A stretch of DNA of 64,000 nucleotides, taken from assembly GCA_016193465.1 (NCBI GenBank), contig JACPSE010000052.1, positions 6,450-70,449 on the forward strand, written 5' to 3'. The translations under genes and the position numbers were made by a program. Under the pieces are notes generated by a model that worked only from the letters and a program-made list of their open reading frames with translations, was not told the DNA's origin and did not search any database. This stretch comes from Deltaproteobacteria bacterium (GTDB taxonomy: Bacteria; Desulfobacterota; Binatia; UBA9968). Shown here piece after piece: positions 46,091 through 56,659 of the stretch. The stretch's first letter is position 1. Each line of letters opens with the position of its first letter.

Positions 46091-47673
46091 AAGGTATCTT
46101 GATTTACGACACGACCTTAAGGGACGGCTGTCAGGCGGAGGATATTTCTTTCACGCTTGAGGACAAGCTCCGGATTGCGGAGAAGCTGGAAGAGCTGGGT
46201 GTCGATTATATCGAGGGGGGCTATCCTGGCTCCAATCCACGGGACGCGGATTTTTTTAAAGAGGTCAAGAAGCTCAAGCTGAAGAAGTGCAAGATCGCCG
46301 CCTTTGGCACGACGCGGAAACCGAGCGCAAAGCCTTCGCAGGACCTGAATCTCAAGGTGCTGCTGGAAGCGGATACCCCCGTTGTTACGCTGGTAGGGAA
46401 GACCTGGGATCTCCACGTGCGCGATGACTTGAGGATCAGCAAGAAGGCGAATCTGGAGATCATTGCCGATTCTATTGCCTTCATGAAACAGCGCGTGGAC
46501 GAGGTGATTTTCGACGCGGAGCACTTCTTCGACGGTTATCGCTCGAATCCGGAATACGCGTTGGAGTGTCTCAAGGCGGCGGGGAAGGGCGGGGCGGACT
46601 GGATCGTTCTCTGTGACACCAACGGAGGAAGGCTTCCGGGCGATATCCGTAATGCCGTCGGCAATGTGAAAGGCGTGGTCAAGACCCGGCTGGGCATTCA
46701 TTGCCACAACGACGGGGAGCTGGCCGTGGCCAATACCATAGCCGCAGTGGAGATGGGCGTTCGCCAGGTGCAGGGGACGATCAATGGGTTTGGCGAGCGC
46801 TGCGGTAATCTGAACCTATGTTCCGTGATTCCGAACCTGCAGCTCAAGATGGGCAAGAAGTGCATTGAAGCCGAGCAGTTGAAGAGGTTGCGTGAGGTCT
46901 CGCACTTTTTTTACGAGCTCGCCAACATCCATCCGAACAAGCACCAGCCCTACGTGGGGGACAGCGCCTTTGCCCACAAAGGGGGGCTGCACGTGGCGGG
47001 CATTCTCAAGAACCGTGAGACCTACGAACATATCGACCCCAAACTTGTGGGCAACCGCCAGAGAGTTCTGGTTTCGGATCTGGCCGGGCGGAGCAACATT
47101 ATCTACAAGGCCAAGGAGTACGATATTGATCTCAAGGGCGACGATCATGCGGTGCATGAGATCCTGCTTCGCATCAAAGAGCTGGAAAGCCAGGGTTATG
47201 AGTTCCAGGCCTCGGAGGCATCCTTTGAGCTCCTGATCCAGGAGGCATTGGGGAGAAAGAGAAAGAATTTTCGCTTGGTTGGCTTTCGGGTGATCGACGA
47301 GAAGAGGAAAGAAGGCGAGCCGCCTATCTCAGAAGCGACGATCATGATCGAGGTGGATGGCGCCTTGGAACACGCGGCCGCGATGGGAAACGGACCGGTA
47401 AATGCTTTAGACCAGGCATTGCGGCGGGCATTGACCAAGTTCTATCCTTCGCTCGAAGAGATGGAGCTGTTGGATTATAAGGTCCGCGTGCTCTCATCGG
47501 GGGAAGGCACGGGCGCCTCGGTGCGGGTGTTGATCGAGTCAGGTGACAAGAAAGATCGCTGGGGCACGGTGGGCGTCTCCCACAATGTGATCGAGGCGAG
47601 CTGGCAGGCTTTGGTGGATAGCATTGATTATAAACTGTACAAGGACTCCAAAGATAAACACAGTGCAAAATGA
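46087..47673 (+). CDS. cimA: (R)-citramalate synthase / 2-isopropylmalate-synthase family (CimA-type, ~528 aa with LeuA-dimer C-domain)
   Basis: LRDGCQAE... HMGL-like N-domain, GIHCHND metal site; ATGA overlap with lysC. Confidence 0.75.
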   Translation: MKGILIYDTTLRDGCQAEDISFTLEDKLRIAEKLEELGVDYIEGGYPGSNPRDADFFKEVKKLKLKKCKIAAFGTTRKPSAKPSQDLNLKVLLEADTPVVTLVGKTWDLHVRDDLRISKKANLEIIADSIAFMKQRVDEVIFDAEHFFDGYRSNPEYALECLKAAGKGGADWIVLCDTNGGRLPGDIRNAVGNVKGVVKTRLGIHCHNDGELAVANTIAAVEMGVRQVQGTINGFGERCGNLNLCSVIPNLQLKMGKKCIEAEQLKRLREVSHFFYELANIHPNKHQPYVGDSAFAHKGGLHVAGILKNRETYEHIDPKLVGNRQRVLVSDLAGRSNIIYKAKEYDIDLKGDDHAVHEILLRIKELESQGYEFQASEASFELLIQEALGRKRKNFRLVGFRVIDEKRKEGEPPISEATIMIEVDGALEHAAAMGNGPVNALDQALRRALTKFYPSLEEMELLDYKVRVLSSGEGTGASVRVLIESGDKKDRWGTVGVSHNVIEASWQALVDSIDYKLYKDSKDKHSAK

Positions 47674-47743
47674 AAATTGCAAAATGCAGAATGTAAAGTT
47701 TTCATTTTTCACTTTGCCTTTTGCATTTTGAATTGAGCGTTTT
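47674..47743 (+). repeat. Imperfect hairpin built from AAAATGCA/TGCATTTT words downstream of cimA
   Basis: aaaattgcaaaatgcagaatgtaaagttttcatttttcactttgccttttgcattttgaattgagcg. Confidence 0.5.
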
Positions 47744-48475
47744 ATGTGGGATACGCTTAAAGAGGATATCCAGGTTGTCTTTGACCGCGACCCGGCAGCG
47801 CGCAATGTCTGGGAGATCATTCTTACCTACCCAGGCTTCCATGCGCTTTTCTTTTATCGGGTGGCCCATTCCCTGTGGGGCAAAGGGCTCAAGGGTTTAG
47901 GCCGTTTTGTCAGCCACGTTGGCCGTTTTCTCACTGGAATCGAGATTCACCCGGGGGCGAAGATCGGTCAGCGTTTTTTCATCGACCACGGTATGGGCGT
48001 GGTGATAGGAGAAACCGCCGAGATCGCCAACGATGTCACAATCTATCAGGGCGTGACTTTGGGCGGCACGAGCCTGAGAAAAGAGAAGAGGCACCCGACG
48101 GTGGAAGACTGCGTGGTCATCGGCGCCGGGGCGACGATCCTGGGACCGGTCACCATCGGTCGCAACAGCAAGATCGGGTCGGGTTCGGTGGTGGTGAACC
48201 CGGTTCCGCCCAACTCCACAGTTGTCGGCATCCCCGGGAGGGTGGTTGAGGGAGAAGGTGTCCACCGAGACCCGCAAGCGCACATCGAGCTCGATCACCA
48301 CCGTCTGCCTGACCCTGTGGCCAAGGCGATCGGCAGTTTGGCGGAATATATGCAGAAGTTGGAGAAGAGGGTCGACGAGGTGAGCGCGCGACAAGGTGGC
48401 TTGGAAGAGCGCCAGGCGGAGGGCAACGAGGTCCTGCGCAAGGTCAAAGAGCTGCTGAAAAATTCGGGAAGCTGA
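47744..48475 (+). CDS. cysE: Serine O-acetyltransferase with C-terminal coiled-coil-like extension
   Basis: SATase N-domain ([13 protein letters not shown]) and hexapeptide repeats ([29 protein letters not shown]). Confidence 0.85.
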   Translation: MWDTLKEDIQVVFDRDPAARNVWEIILTYPGFHALFFYRVAHSLWGKGLKGLGRFVSHVGRFLTGIEIHPGAKIGQRFFIDHGMGVVIGETAEIANDVTIYQGVTLGGTSLRKEKRHPTVEDCVVIGAGATILGPVTIGRNSKIGSGSVVVNPVPPNSTVVGIPGRVVEGEGVHRDPQAHIELDHHRLPDPVAKAIGSLAEYMQKLEKRVDEVSARQGGLEERQAEGNEVLRKVKELLKNSGS

Positions 48476-48545
48476 TAAGAAGGCAATAGGCGACAGGCAA
48501 CAGGAAGAAGCTTTAACTCACGCCTTCCGCCTCACGCCTAAAGGC
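48476..48545 (+). repeat. GGCAAYAGGCG-family intergenic repeat (aggcaataggcgacaggcaacagg ... ctcacgccttccgcctcacgcct)
   Basis: Same word set and polarity as 44243-44347. Confidence 0.7.
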
Positions 48546-48554
48546 TAAAAGTGT

Positions 48555-49625
48555 ATGTCCAAGACCAAAACGAAGGTGGTCGTCGCCATGAGCGGCGGGG
48601 TGGACAGCTCCGTTACCGCCGGCCTTCTCGTGGAACAGGGATACCAGGTGGCGGGTGTTTCCCTACGTTTATGGGAATGCCAGCGCCAGCAGCCGCAAAA
48701 CTGTTCCGATTATCTCGGGGCGAAGAGGGTGGCCGGACTCCTCGGTATCCCGCACACGCTGCTCGACCTGCGATCCGAGTTCGTCAGCACGGTGGTCAGG
48801 CCGTTCGCGCAAAGCTATCTCCACGGCAGCACGCCCAACCCGTGTGTCGCTTGCAATCGCGATTTTAAGCTAGGCAGGCTGTTAGAGTGGGCAAGGGCAG
48901 AGGGCGCGGAGTACGTGGCCACAGGCCACTACGCGCGGCTGACACGCGATCACTCTACTGGGAGAGTATCTCTATTCCGCGGCGCCGACCGGAAAAAAGA
49001 TCAATCGTATTTTCTCTTCGCCCTCTCGCAGGAGCAGCTTGCCCATACCCTTTTTCCCCTGGGCGATTTGGTCAAGGAAGAGGTGCGACACAGGGCCCGG
49101 CGGCTCGGGTTGCCAGTGGCCGACCGGCCTGACAGCCAGGATATCTGCTTTGGCGACTATAGGGCCTTGGTGGAGTCGCTTGCCGAGGAGGATGATCTGC
49201 GTGGAGGGGAGATCGTCGACCGCACTGGCAAGGTGTTGGGCCGCCATCAGGGAATACACCGGCTTACGGTCGGGCAGCGAAAAGGATTGGGTCTCTCGGC
49301 CTCTCATCCCCTCTATGTCCTCGAGATTGATGAGGCCCGGAAGTGGGTGGTTGTGGGGAAAAAAGAGGAACTCAAATGTAAAGGTTCAGTGGCTGGTACC
49401 CTTAACTGGATCGAGGCGCCCGAGAGGGAAGAGTTCCCGGCTGATGTCCAGCTCCGCTATCGCTCGCCAGCCGTTCCGTGCGTGATACGCGCTGACGGAG
49501 ATGGAAAGTGCGAGGTGCGCTTTCAGAGCGTTTTCCCTCCCGTTACTCCCGGCCAGGCAGCGGTCTTTTATCGTGGGGAGCAGGTCCTGGGCGGTGGGTG
49601 GATCGAAAGAGCCATTCGCGCCTAA
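48555..49625 (+). CDS. mnmA: tRNA-specific 2-thiouridylase
   Basis: PP-loop VVVAMSGGVDSSV, catalytic Cys region; MnmA length. Confidence 0.9.
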   Translation: MSKTKTKVVVAMSGGVDSSVTAGLLVEQGYQVAGVSLRLWECQRQQPQNCSDYLGAKRVAGLLGIPHTLLDLRSEFVSTVVRPFAQSYLHGSTPNPCVACNRDFKLGRLLEWARAEGAEYVATGHYARLTRDHSTGRVSLFRGADRKKDQSYFLFALSQEQLAHTLFPLGDLVKEEVRHRARRLGLPVADRPDSQDICFGDYRALVESLAEEDDLRGGEIVDRTGKVLGRHQGIHRLTVGQRKGLGLSASHPLYVLEIDEARKWVVVGKKEELKCKGSVAGTLNWIEAPEREEFPADVQLRYRSPAVPCVIRADGDGKCEVRFQSVFPPVTPGQAAVFYRGEQVLGGGWIERAIRA

Positions 49626-49705
49626 AGCGCGATGGCCCATTTCAGATTGCAGATCTCAAATTTCAGATAATCTGAGATTTGAAATCTGAGATTCTGAGCG
49701 AAGCG
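49626..49705 (+). repeat. Imperfect hairpin built from CAGAT/ATCTGA and TCAAATTT/AAATTTGA words downstream of mnmA
   Basis: ttcagattgcagatctcaaatttcagataatctgagatttgaaatctgagattctgagcg. Confidence 0.5.
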
Positions 49706-49710
49706 AAGAT

Positions 49711-51063
49711 ATGCGTATCGCTATAACCACGCTCGGCTGCAAGATCAACCAGTATGATTCAGCCGTGATTCAGTCGCGCCTGGTGAATCAACAGAACTGT
49801 TTTGTGCCTTTTGGCGAGCAGGCTGATTTTTATATCATCAATACCTGTACGGTAACGGACCGCGCGGACTGGGAAGCGCGCCAGCTCGTCAGGCGCGTCA
49901 AGCGATTAAGTCCCGCGTCGCGAGTGCTGATTACAGGCTGTTACGCGCAGGTCAACCCGGAGCAGGTTGCCCAACTCCCAGGCGTGGATTTCGTCGTGGG
50001 GCTGAACCGGTTGGATGATTTGGCGCGTTTCGTTGACGCGGCAGAGAGGCAGCCGGACGGGATAGGGGTGTCCGTCGGCGACGTAAAACGGGAGCGCCGC
50101 GTGCAAGTTTTAGGCGCCAGAGAACTTCCCGGTCACACGCGCGCCTTTCTGAAGATTCAGGAAGGCTGCAACTATTCGTGTGCCTACTGCATCATCCCGA
50201 CCGCTCGGGGGTTGAGCCGAAGCGTTCCTCCCGAACAGGTCCTGGCGCAGGTCCGTGCGCTTGCCGAGAAGGGATTCGTTGAGGTTGTGCTTACCGGAAT
50301 TCACTTGGGCGGCTACGGGCAGGAGCTCAAGCCCAAGATGGATCTCACCTCGCTTCTGGAAATGATTGTCGAACGTCGGCTCGTTCCGCGATTACGTTTG
50401 AGCTCTTTGGATCCTCGCGAAGTGCCGCAGCGGCTGCTTCGCCTCATGGCTCAGTCGGATATACTTTGTCCACATCTCCACGTCTGCGCTCAAGCGGGAG
50501 AAGACAGAATCCTCAAGCGGATGCGGCGCAACTATGACACCGCCTTTTATCGGGACATCCTCACAGCGGCAAGAGAGGCGCTGCCGGATGCAGCATTGGG
50601 AAGCGATATCATCGTCGGGTTTCCAGGAGAGGGGGATGACGATTTCTGTCACTCCCTGGAATTTTTTGATTCCCTGCCGCTAACCTATTTTCATGTTTTT
50701 CCCTACTCGGCGCGCGCCCGGACCGCGGCTGCCGAGCTTCCCGGTCAGGTGCTCCGTAGAATTAGGAAAGAACGGGCCAGGAGGATGCGGGATCTCGGGG
50801 CCAAGAAGAAGATGGAATTTTACCGCCGTTTCATAGGGCGCTCTGTTCCCGTGCTGGTAGAGCGGGCCGCAGACCGTGAAAGCGGAGCATGCAAGGGCCG
50901 CAGCAGAAACTATCTCCCGGTTTTGGTTCAGGCTGACGAGAGGCAGATCAACCGTGAGGTGCCGGTTGCTATCGAAGGGTTGGAGGGAAGTTGGTTGAAG
51001 GGATCAAGGGTTGAAGGGTTAAAGGGAAGCAATCAGCACGGAAGCTGTCAGCAGTCAGCTTAA
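49711..51063 (+). CDS. mtaB: MiaB-like radical-SAM tRNA methylthiotransferase (MtaB-type)
   Basis: MTTase N-domain (ITTLGCKINQYDS), radical SAM CNYSCAYC, TRAM-like C-end; C-terminal 30 aa low-complexity (EGLEGSWLKGSRVEGLKGS) runs into repeat. Confidence 0.75.
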   Translation: MRIAITTLGCKINQYDSAVIQSRLVNQQNCFVPFGEQADFYIINTCTVTDRADWEARQLVRRVKRLSPASRVLITGCYAQVNPEQVAQLPGVDFVVGLNRLDDLARFVDAAERQPDGIGVSVGDVKRERRVQVLGARELPGHTRAFLKIQEGCNYSCAYCIIPTARGLSRSVPPEQVLAQVRALAEKGFVEVVLTGIHLGGYGQELKPKMDLTSLLEMIVERRLVPRLRLSSLDPREVPQRLLRLMAQSDILCPHLHVCAQAGEDRILKRMRRNYDTAFYRDILTAAREALPDAALGSDIIVGFPGEGDDDFCHSLEFFDSLPLTYFHVFPYSARARTAAAELPGQVLRRIRKERARRMRDLGAKKKMEFYRRFIGRSVPVLVERAADRESGACKGRSRNYLPVLVQADERQINREVPVAIEGLEGSWLKGSRVEGLKGSNQHGSCQQSA

Positions 51064-51095
51064 TATTTTTAGCTGAGTGCTGATGGCTGAATGCT
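50990..51095 (+). repeat. Low-complexity (GGTTGAAGGG)n followed by imperfect hairpin cagcagtcagct-N10-agctgagtgctg
   Basis: Read directly; overlaps mtaB 3' end. Confidence 0.45.
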
Positions 51096-51110
51096 ATTTT
51101 AAAGACTATT

Positions 51111-51818
51111 GTGGACAAAGAGTCACAGTTATCCCGCTTGCAGAAGGAGCTTGGATACTCCTTTTCAAATGCCGCGCTTCTTTTGCGCTGTCTCACCCAC
51201 GTTTCCTATGGCCCGGGAAAGGAAAGGGAGCATAACGAGACTCTTGAGTTCCTCGGCGATGCGGTTTTGAGTCTCGCCATCAGCGACCTTCTCATGCGTC
51301 GTTTCCCCGGGAAAAGCGAAGGGGATCTCTCGAAGATGCGTGCCTCGCTGGTCAACTCCGTCGCGTTGGCGGAGAAGGGCGCCGCACTGAAATTGGGCCC
51401 ATTGCTCCGCATGGGCAAAGGCGAGGAGCGTAGTGGGGGACGCGAAAAAGAGTCTATTCTCGCGGGCGCCTTTGAGGCGCTTCTTGGAGGGATTTACTGG
51501 GATAGTGGATACGAAGCGGCTCTGCGGATCGTGGAGCGCTACTTTGCGGCGGATATCAAAGAGAGGAGACTTGGCCAGCAGGATTATAAGACGCGCCTCC
51601 AGGAGATCAGCCAGATGCTTTTTCACGCCCCGCCTACTTACAAGCTGGTGGCTGAAACCGGTCCGGACCACGAGAAGCGTTTTGCAACCGAGATTATCAT
51701 AAGCGGTAAGGTTCTGGGCCGGGGGGAGGGGAGGAGCAAGAAGCAGTCTGAGCAGGAGGCGGCCAGAAGAGCCCTGGAGGAGCTGCAGCGCAGCGGGGAA
51801 GTCAAAGAGAAAAGCTGA
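51111..51818 (+). CDS. rnc: Ribonuclease III
   Basis: RNase III signature ETLEFLGDAVLSL, C-terminal dsRBD. Confidence 0.9.
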   Translation: MDKESQLSRLQKELGYSFSNAALLLRCLTHVSYGPGKEREHNETLEFLGDAVLSLAISDLLMRRFPGKSEGDLSKMRASLVNSVALAEKGAALKLGPLLRMGKGEERSGGREKESILAGAFEALLGGIYWDSGYEAALRIVERYFAADIKERRLGQQDYKTRLQEISQMLFHAPPTYKLVAETGPDHEKRFATEIIISGKVLGRGEGRSKKQSEQEAARRALEELQRSGEVKEKS

Positions 51819-51974
51819 AGCTAAAAACTCGAACGAGATCAATTACCTCAAGTATCTCTTTGCAACTCTTTTTTACGCCTCCCTTGACGGTGGGCGAAAG
51901 AGAAATATAGGATGATCCCAATTTGTTAAGAATGCCGGATCTCACGATAGAGGCAAAATTTCGGAAAAAATTTC

Positions 51975-53165
51975 ATGCCCGTCAGCGCGCTTGCAGACAT
52001 CACTGTCATTGAATGCTCCACCTTTGTGACAGGACCTTACGCAGCCGCCCTCCTGGCGGATCTCGGCGCGCGCGTCATCAAGATTGAGACCCCTCCCGAT
52101 GGCGACCCGTACCGCTATTTCGCGCCGGATCCTTATTTCAGTCCGAATTTCGCTCACCTGAATCGTAATAAAGAGAGTCTGGTGCTGGATCTCAAAGCCA
52201 ATGAGGGAAAAGAGATCTGCGTCGAGCTAATCAAGAAGGCGGATGTCTTTGTAGAGAACTTTCGGCCCGGGACCGCTGAGCGTCTGGGCCTGGGCTATGG
52301 CGCCCTGCGTTCGTTGAATAGCCATTTGGTCTACTGCTCAATCTCGGCCTTTGGCCAGGGCGGGCCTTACGCGGATAAGCCGGGCTTTGATACGCTGGGG
52401 CAGGCGATGAGCGGGTTGTTGAGCGTGCTTACGGACCCCGCCGAGCCCAAAGTGATGGGGATAGCTCTTTCGGATTATGTTACCGGTCTCTCCGCCGGGT
52501 ATGGCATTCTAGGCGCGCTCCTGGCGCGGCAAAAGAAAGGGGAGGGCTGTAAGGTCGAGACCTCTTTGCTCCAGTCCACGCTCTCTTTTATCGGCGAAGC
52601 CGCGGCGGGTTATCTTAGGACGGGTGAAATTCCCAACCGGCTCGCCAGGGTCAGGAACGCTCATGCATTTGCCTTTTTAGCCAAGGACGGACTGCCGCTG
52701 GTCATTCACTGTTCAGTCCCGGAGAAGTTTTGGCTTGGCCTGCTACAAGCTGTGGATCAAAAAGAGCTCGCAGAGGATAAAAGGTTTAAAAGCAGAAGCG
52801 ACCGGCGCAGCCACTATGCGGAGCTGCATGCCGAGCTTTCCGCGCTCTTTTCCAGCCGAACGAGGGACGAGTGGCTGAAAAGGCTGGAAGAAAACGATGT
52901 CCCTGCGGGACCGCTTTATAACATCGCGGAGGTGCTGTCCGATCCCCAGGTTCAGCATCTGGGTTTAGTCGAGGAGGCGCAGCACCCGAAAGCTGGAAAA
53001 TTGAAGTTCGTGAGATCCGCAGTTAACTATACGGACCTAATCAGAAAAGAAGCAAGTGCGCCGCCCCTTCTAGGAGAGGGTACGGCGACCATTCTTGCGG
53101 AACTTGGGTATACTAAGGCTGCCATCAATGAGCTCGAAGCGAGAGGTGTTATTAAGATTGGTTAA
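51975..53165 (+). CDS. CoA-transferase family III (CaiB/BaiF) protein
   Basis: ITVIECSTFVTGPYAAALLADLGARVIKIE N-terminus; conserved Asp region; 396 aa. Confidence 0.8.
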   Translation: MPVSALADITVIECSTFVTGPYAAALLADLGARVIKIETPPDGDPYRYFAPDPYFSPNFAHLNRNKESLVLDLKANEGKEICVELIKKADVFVENFRPGTAERLGLGYGALRSLNSHLVYCSISAFGQGGPYADKPGFDTLGQAMSGLLSVLTDPAEPKVMGIALSDYVTGLSAGYGILGALLARQKKGEGCKVETSLLQSTLSFIGEAAAGYLRTGEIPNRLARVRNAHAFAFLAKDGLPLVIHCSVPEKFWLGLLQAVDQKELAEDKRFKSRSDRRSHYAELHAELSALFSSRTRDEWLKRLEENDVPAGPLYNIAEVLSDPQVQHLGLVEEAQHPKAGKLKFVRSAVNYTDLIRKEASAPPLLGEGTATILAELGYTKAAINELEARGVIKIG

Positions 53166-53186
53166 AGGGTTAAAAGGGAAGATACT

Positions 53187-54188
53187 ATGATCTACGACAT
53201 AGAAATCAACTCGGCGGCGCACTATCCAGCAGCCGGCGTGATCGAGCTGATCGAAGTGGCCGAGGGAGTGGGATTTGGGGCGTTCTGGAAAGGAGAATCA
53301 AACAGCACAGATCCTATGGTGCTCCTTTCCGCCGCCGCAAGCCGCACCAAGACGATCAGGCTTGGGACCGCCATCTACCATATATATGGAAGGAGCCCTG
53401 TGACGCTGGGCATCCAATCGGCTACCTTGCAGGATCTTTCTGGGGGCCGGCTACTCTTGGGGCTTGGGGTGGCCAACAAGAGCATCGCTGGCTGGCACGG
53501 CGGAGTTTTCGACCGTCCGCTCAGGCGAGCGCGCGAGTACGTAGAGATCGTCCGTAAAGTTGCCGCCGGCGAACGGGTCGAGTATGAAGGAGAGATTTAT
53601 CAGACCGGGAAACGCTTCCAGCTGTCGTGGAAGCCGAGCCATCCGCTCCTTCCTATATATATGGCCGGTCTGGGGCCGCAGATGACCAAGCTCGTGGGCA
53701 AAATTTCCGACGGTGTCTTCATTAACATGGCGACGCCGGCGAAGATCCGCGAGATTGCCGCGCGCGTGCGGGAGGCGGCCAAGGAGGCGGGGCGCGATCC
53801 GAGCAAGATCGAGATCATTGCCAAGTGCCGGGTTTCTCTGAACCCTGACCGTACCCTGGCGCGCTCGAAGCTGCGGCAGGTGTTGACCTTCTACAACCTC
53901 GCTGACCACTACAGCGACATGCTCAAGGGGCTGGGGTTTGAGCCGGAAGTGGATGCGATCCAGGGCGCCTTTCAAAAGGGCGGCTTCAAGGCGGCGATGG
54001 TGGCCTTGACGGATAACTATATGGACAGGCTGCCAGTTATTCCCGGCACGTCGATTGCCGAGATCAAGGAAAAGTTGCTTCCTTTCGTTGCGGCTGGCGC
54101 GACGCGCTTGGTGATTCCTTATGTTCCGGTGACCGAGCCTGTGGTCGAAGACGCGAGGAAGTTTCTAAAAGCCTGGGGGAGTTCATAA
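53187..54188 (+). CDS. LLM-class (luciferase-like) flavin/F420-dependent oxidoreductase
   Basis: TIM-barrel LLM-like sequence (GFGAFWKGES..., LGLGVANKSIAGWHG). Confidence 0.65.
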   Translation: MIYDIEINSAAHYPAAGVIELIEVAEGVGFGAFWKGESNSTDPMVLLSAAASRTKTIRLGTAIYHIYGRSPVTLGIQSATLQDLSGGRLLLGLGVANKSIAGWHGGVFDRPLRRAREYVEIVRKVAAGERVEYEGEIYQTGKRFQLSWKPSHPLLPIYMAGLGPQMTKLVGKISDGVFINMATPAKIREIAARVREAAKEAGRDPSKIEIIAKCRVSLNPDRTLARSKLRQVLTFYNLADHYSDMLKGLGFEPEVDAIQGAFQKGGFKAAMVALTDNYMDRLPVIPGTSIAEIKEKLLPFVAAGATRLVIPYVPVTEPVVEDARKFLKAWGSS

Positions 54189-54290
54189 AAACGTTGCTCG
54201 TGATCGTGGCTCGTGCTCGTCACGATCACAGATGGCCAACATGAGCACGGATTTTAAACACGAACACGAATCACGAACACGATCTTTGAA
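54189..54290 (+). repeat. Imperfect hairpin built from CTCGTG/CACGA words (tcgtgatcgtggctcgtgctcgtcacgatcac ... cacgaacacgaatcacgaacacgatc)
   Basis: Read directly downstream of LLM gene. Confidence 0.5.
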
Positions 54291-54303
54291 GAGGAGATAA
54301 CCC

Positions 54304-55317
54304 ATGTGTGATTTTGCTGCGGATGCTGAGGCTGCGGCCAAGTTGATGGTAGGCCGGACGTTGAGCGTAGAGCGCGTGCGCCAGCTCAACGCCAAGGACT
54401 ATTTCTATCAGATGCTCAAAGATAATCCGGAGATGCTGAAGATCTATCCGGGTATTGAGAACGAATTGCTGAAGGGCGCCATCGATTGCCATATCCATGC
54501 CTATCCCGATTTTGTCCATCGCTCGCAGGACATGATCGGGATCGCCATCGAAGCGTCCAAGGCGGGGATGCGCGCGCTGGCCTTCAAGGACCACTGGAAC
54601 GTCAGCGCGACGTCGGCCTACCTGGCGCAGCGCCATATTGATTACTTGGTCGAGAAAGGCGAGCTGCAGCACCGCGTCGAGATTTACGGCGGGGCAGGGA
54701 CCTGCCATGGGATGAGGCCGGAATACATCCGGGTGGCACTCCAGTACCCGAGCTTCAAGATGATCTGGTTTCCGACTTTTACCTCTCTGGGATTCTGGCG
54801 CGGGGCGGGCCAGCCGGAAAAAGGCGGCGTGCGGCTGGTGGCTGAAAACGGCGAAGTCCTGCCCGAAGTGGTGGAGATCATGAAGATGGCGGTGGAGAAA
54901 AAAGTCGGCATCGGTTTCGGCCATACGGATTTTAAAGAGCTTCTGCCGTTGGCCAAGAAGGCCAAAGAGCTGGGCGTGCGCGCTACGCTGGATCACCCGC
55001 TGCTCGAACTCAACAAGCTTTTGCTAGACGAGATGAAGCAGCTTGCAGATCTTGGCGTCTATGTGGGCGCTTATTGCCAACCCATGATTCCCAGCCTTTA
55101 CCAGCCCGTGGCGGACCCGATGGAAACGATCAGAACGATCAAGGCGATCGGCCCTGAGCGCTGCATCATCGGCAGCGACTTCGGCCAGGTACTCCATATG
55201 GATACCATAGACGGAATGCGCGTTTTCATCCGGGCCCTGCTCGGGTTCGGCATTACACCGCAGCAGATCAAGGTAATGCTCAAGGATAATCCGGCCAAGC
55301 TCATGTGGCTCGACTAG
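54304..55317 (+). CDS. Amidohydrolase-2-like TIM-barrel metal-dependent hydrolase (tentative)
   Basis: IDCHIHAYPD (HxH metal motif), later GFGHTD and GSDFGQ acidic residues; family assignment by pattern only. Confidence 0.4.
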   Translation: MCDFAADAEAAAKLMVGRTLSVERVRQLNAKDYFYQMLKDNPEMLKIYPGIENELLKGAIDCHIHAYPDFVHRSQDMIGIAIEASKAGMRALAFKDHWNVSATSAYLAQRHIDYLVEKGELQHRVEIYGGAGTCHGMRPEYIRVALQYPSFKMIWFPTFTSLGFWRGAGQPEKGGVRLVAENGEVLPEVVEIMKMAVEKKVGIGFGHTDFKELLPLAKKAKELGVRATLDHPLLELNKLLLDEMKQLADLGVYVGAYCQPMIPSLYQPVADPMETIRTIKAIGPERCIIGSDFGQVLHMDTIDGMRVFIRALLGFGITPQQIKVMLKDNPAKLMWLD

Positions 55318-55395
55318 AACAGCAGGCAATAGGCGGGAGTTAGGAAAAATCTTAAGAGTTTCAACTGATGCCTGTTGCCTCTCGCCTGATGCCTT
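55318..55395 (+). repeat. GGCAAYAGGCG-family repeat in inverted-repeat configuration (aggcaataggcggg ... cctgttgcctctcgcct)
   Basis: Second arm is reverse complement of the AGGCAACAGG word. Confidence 0.6.
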
Positions 55396-56633
55396 TTTCA
55401 ATGAAGCCAAGGTGGTGGATTGTCATTGCTGCAAGTGTGGCGCACGCCGTCAACACGGGCCTTAGCTATTTCGGGATAGGCGCCTACTTTCCTTCCTTTG
55501 AGCGGGAATTCGGCTGGAGCCGAACGGCTATCTCAGGTGCCTTCTCACTTGCGAGAATGGAAGGCAGCGTTTTGGGTCCGCTCGAGGGTTATCTTACGGA
55601 CAGGCTCGGCCCTCCGAGGATGATGTTCATCGGTATCATCCTTTGCGCATTAGGCTTTTTTTCCCTGAGCCTGGTTCATTCATTGCCCATGCTTTATGCA
55701 GTCCTGATTCTGGGAGTCGTTTTGGGCTCGAGCCTGGGTTACAACATGCCGCTCAGTGTGGTCGTAGCGAATCTATTCCGCGCAAGAAGAAGCTTGGCCT
55801 TCGGAATCTTTCGGATGGGTCCGGGATTGTCCGGCCCTCTCGTGGGCGTGGTGGGTTGGATGATCGGCCTGTGGGGCTGGAGAACCGCGGCCGTGGCTTC
55901 GGCTTTCATCCTGTTGGCAGTGGGCCTTCCCTTGGCGTCCCTGATTGTTCGAGCCTACGAGCGTCACCAAATCGCGCTTAGTGAAGCTCCAGGCCCGGAG
56001 GTGAACGTCGCGTCAGAACGGCGCATGGCATCCGAGCCGCAGTTCACTGTGGGAGAGGCGATGAGGACGGCCTCCTTTTGGATGCTTTCTATGGCCATGG
56101 CGCTGCGTCAAATGGTCACCGAGGGCGTTTCAGTGCATTTTGTGATCCTTCTCGTGGACCGTGGGTTGAGCACGGAGGCAGCCAGCGTTCTCCTCGGCGT
56201 TTCTGCGCTCATCAGCGCCCCTGCTCGTCTGGGAATGGGCTGGCTGGGAGACTTGCTCAATAAGCGGCGACTCATTATGGGGTTGCTTATTTCACTCAGC
56301 TTCTCCGTGTTTCTCATGGGCTGGACTGCCCATCCTTACCTGTTTACGCCATTTATGGTGATCTATTCTCTCGCCTACGGCGGTCTCGCTGCTCTTCAGG
56401 AGCCCATCCGCGCCGACTACTTCGGGACCCGATACTTCGCGAGCATCCATGGAATGAGCCGCTCCGTCACAACGGTCGGGACGTTTATGGGACCGATCAT
56501 TGCCGGGTTTTTCTATGATCTAACGAAAAGCTATACGATTCCCTTTACCTTCTTCGCCTTTGTCGGTTTTTTGTCGACGCTCTGCATGTTTCTGGCGAAG
56601 CCGCCCGTGAAGCGTGAAGCTAAAAGGGGCTAG
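55368..56633 (+). CDS. MFS transporter (oxalate/formate-antiporter-like)
   Basis: 12 hydrophobic helices; start probably at MKPRWW (~55401). Confidence 0.7.
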   Translation: MPVASRLMPFSMKPRWWIVIAASVAHAVNTGLSYFGIGAYFPSFEREFGWSRTAISGAFSLARMEGSVLGPLEGYLTDRLGPPRMMFIGIILCALGFFSLSLVHSLPMLYAVLILGVVLGSSLGYNMPLSVVVANLFRARRSLAFGIFRMGPGLSGPLVGVVGWMIGLWGWRTAAVASAFILLAVGLPLASLIVRAYERHQIALSEAPGPEVNVASERRMASEPQFTVGEAMRTASFWMLSMAMALRQMVTEGVSVHFVILLVDRGLSTEAASVLLGVSALISAPARLGMGWLGDLLNKRRLIMGLLISLSFSVFLMGWTAHPYLFTPFMVIYSLAYGGLAALQEPIRADYFGTRYFASIHGMSRSVTTVGTFMGPIIAGFFYDLTKSYTIPFTFFAFVGFLSTLCMFLAKPPVKREAKRG

Positions 56634-56659
56634 GGCTGCGCAGCGATGATCGAGCCCTG

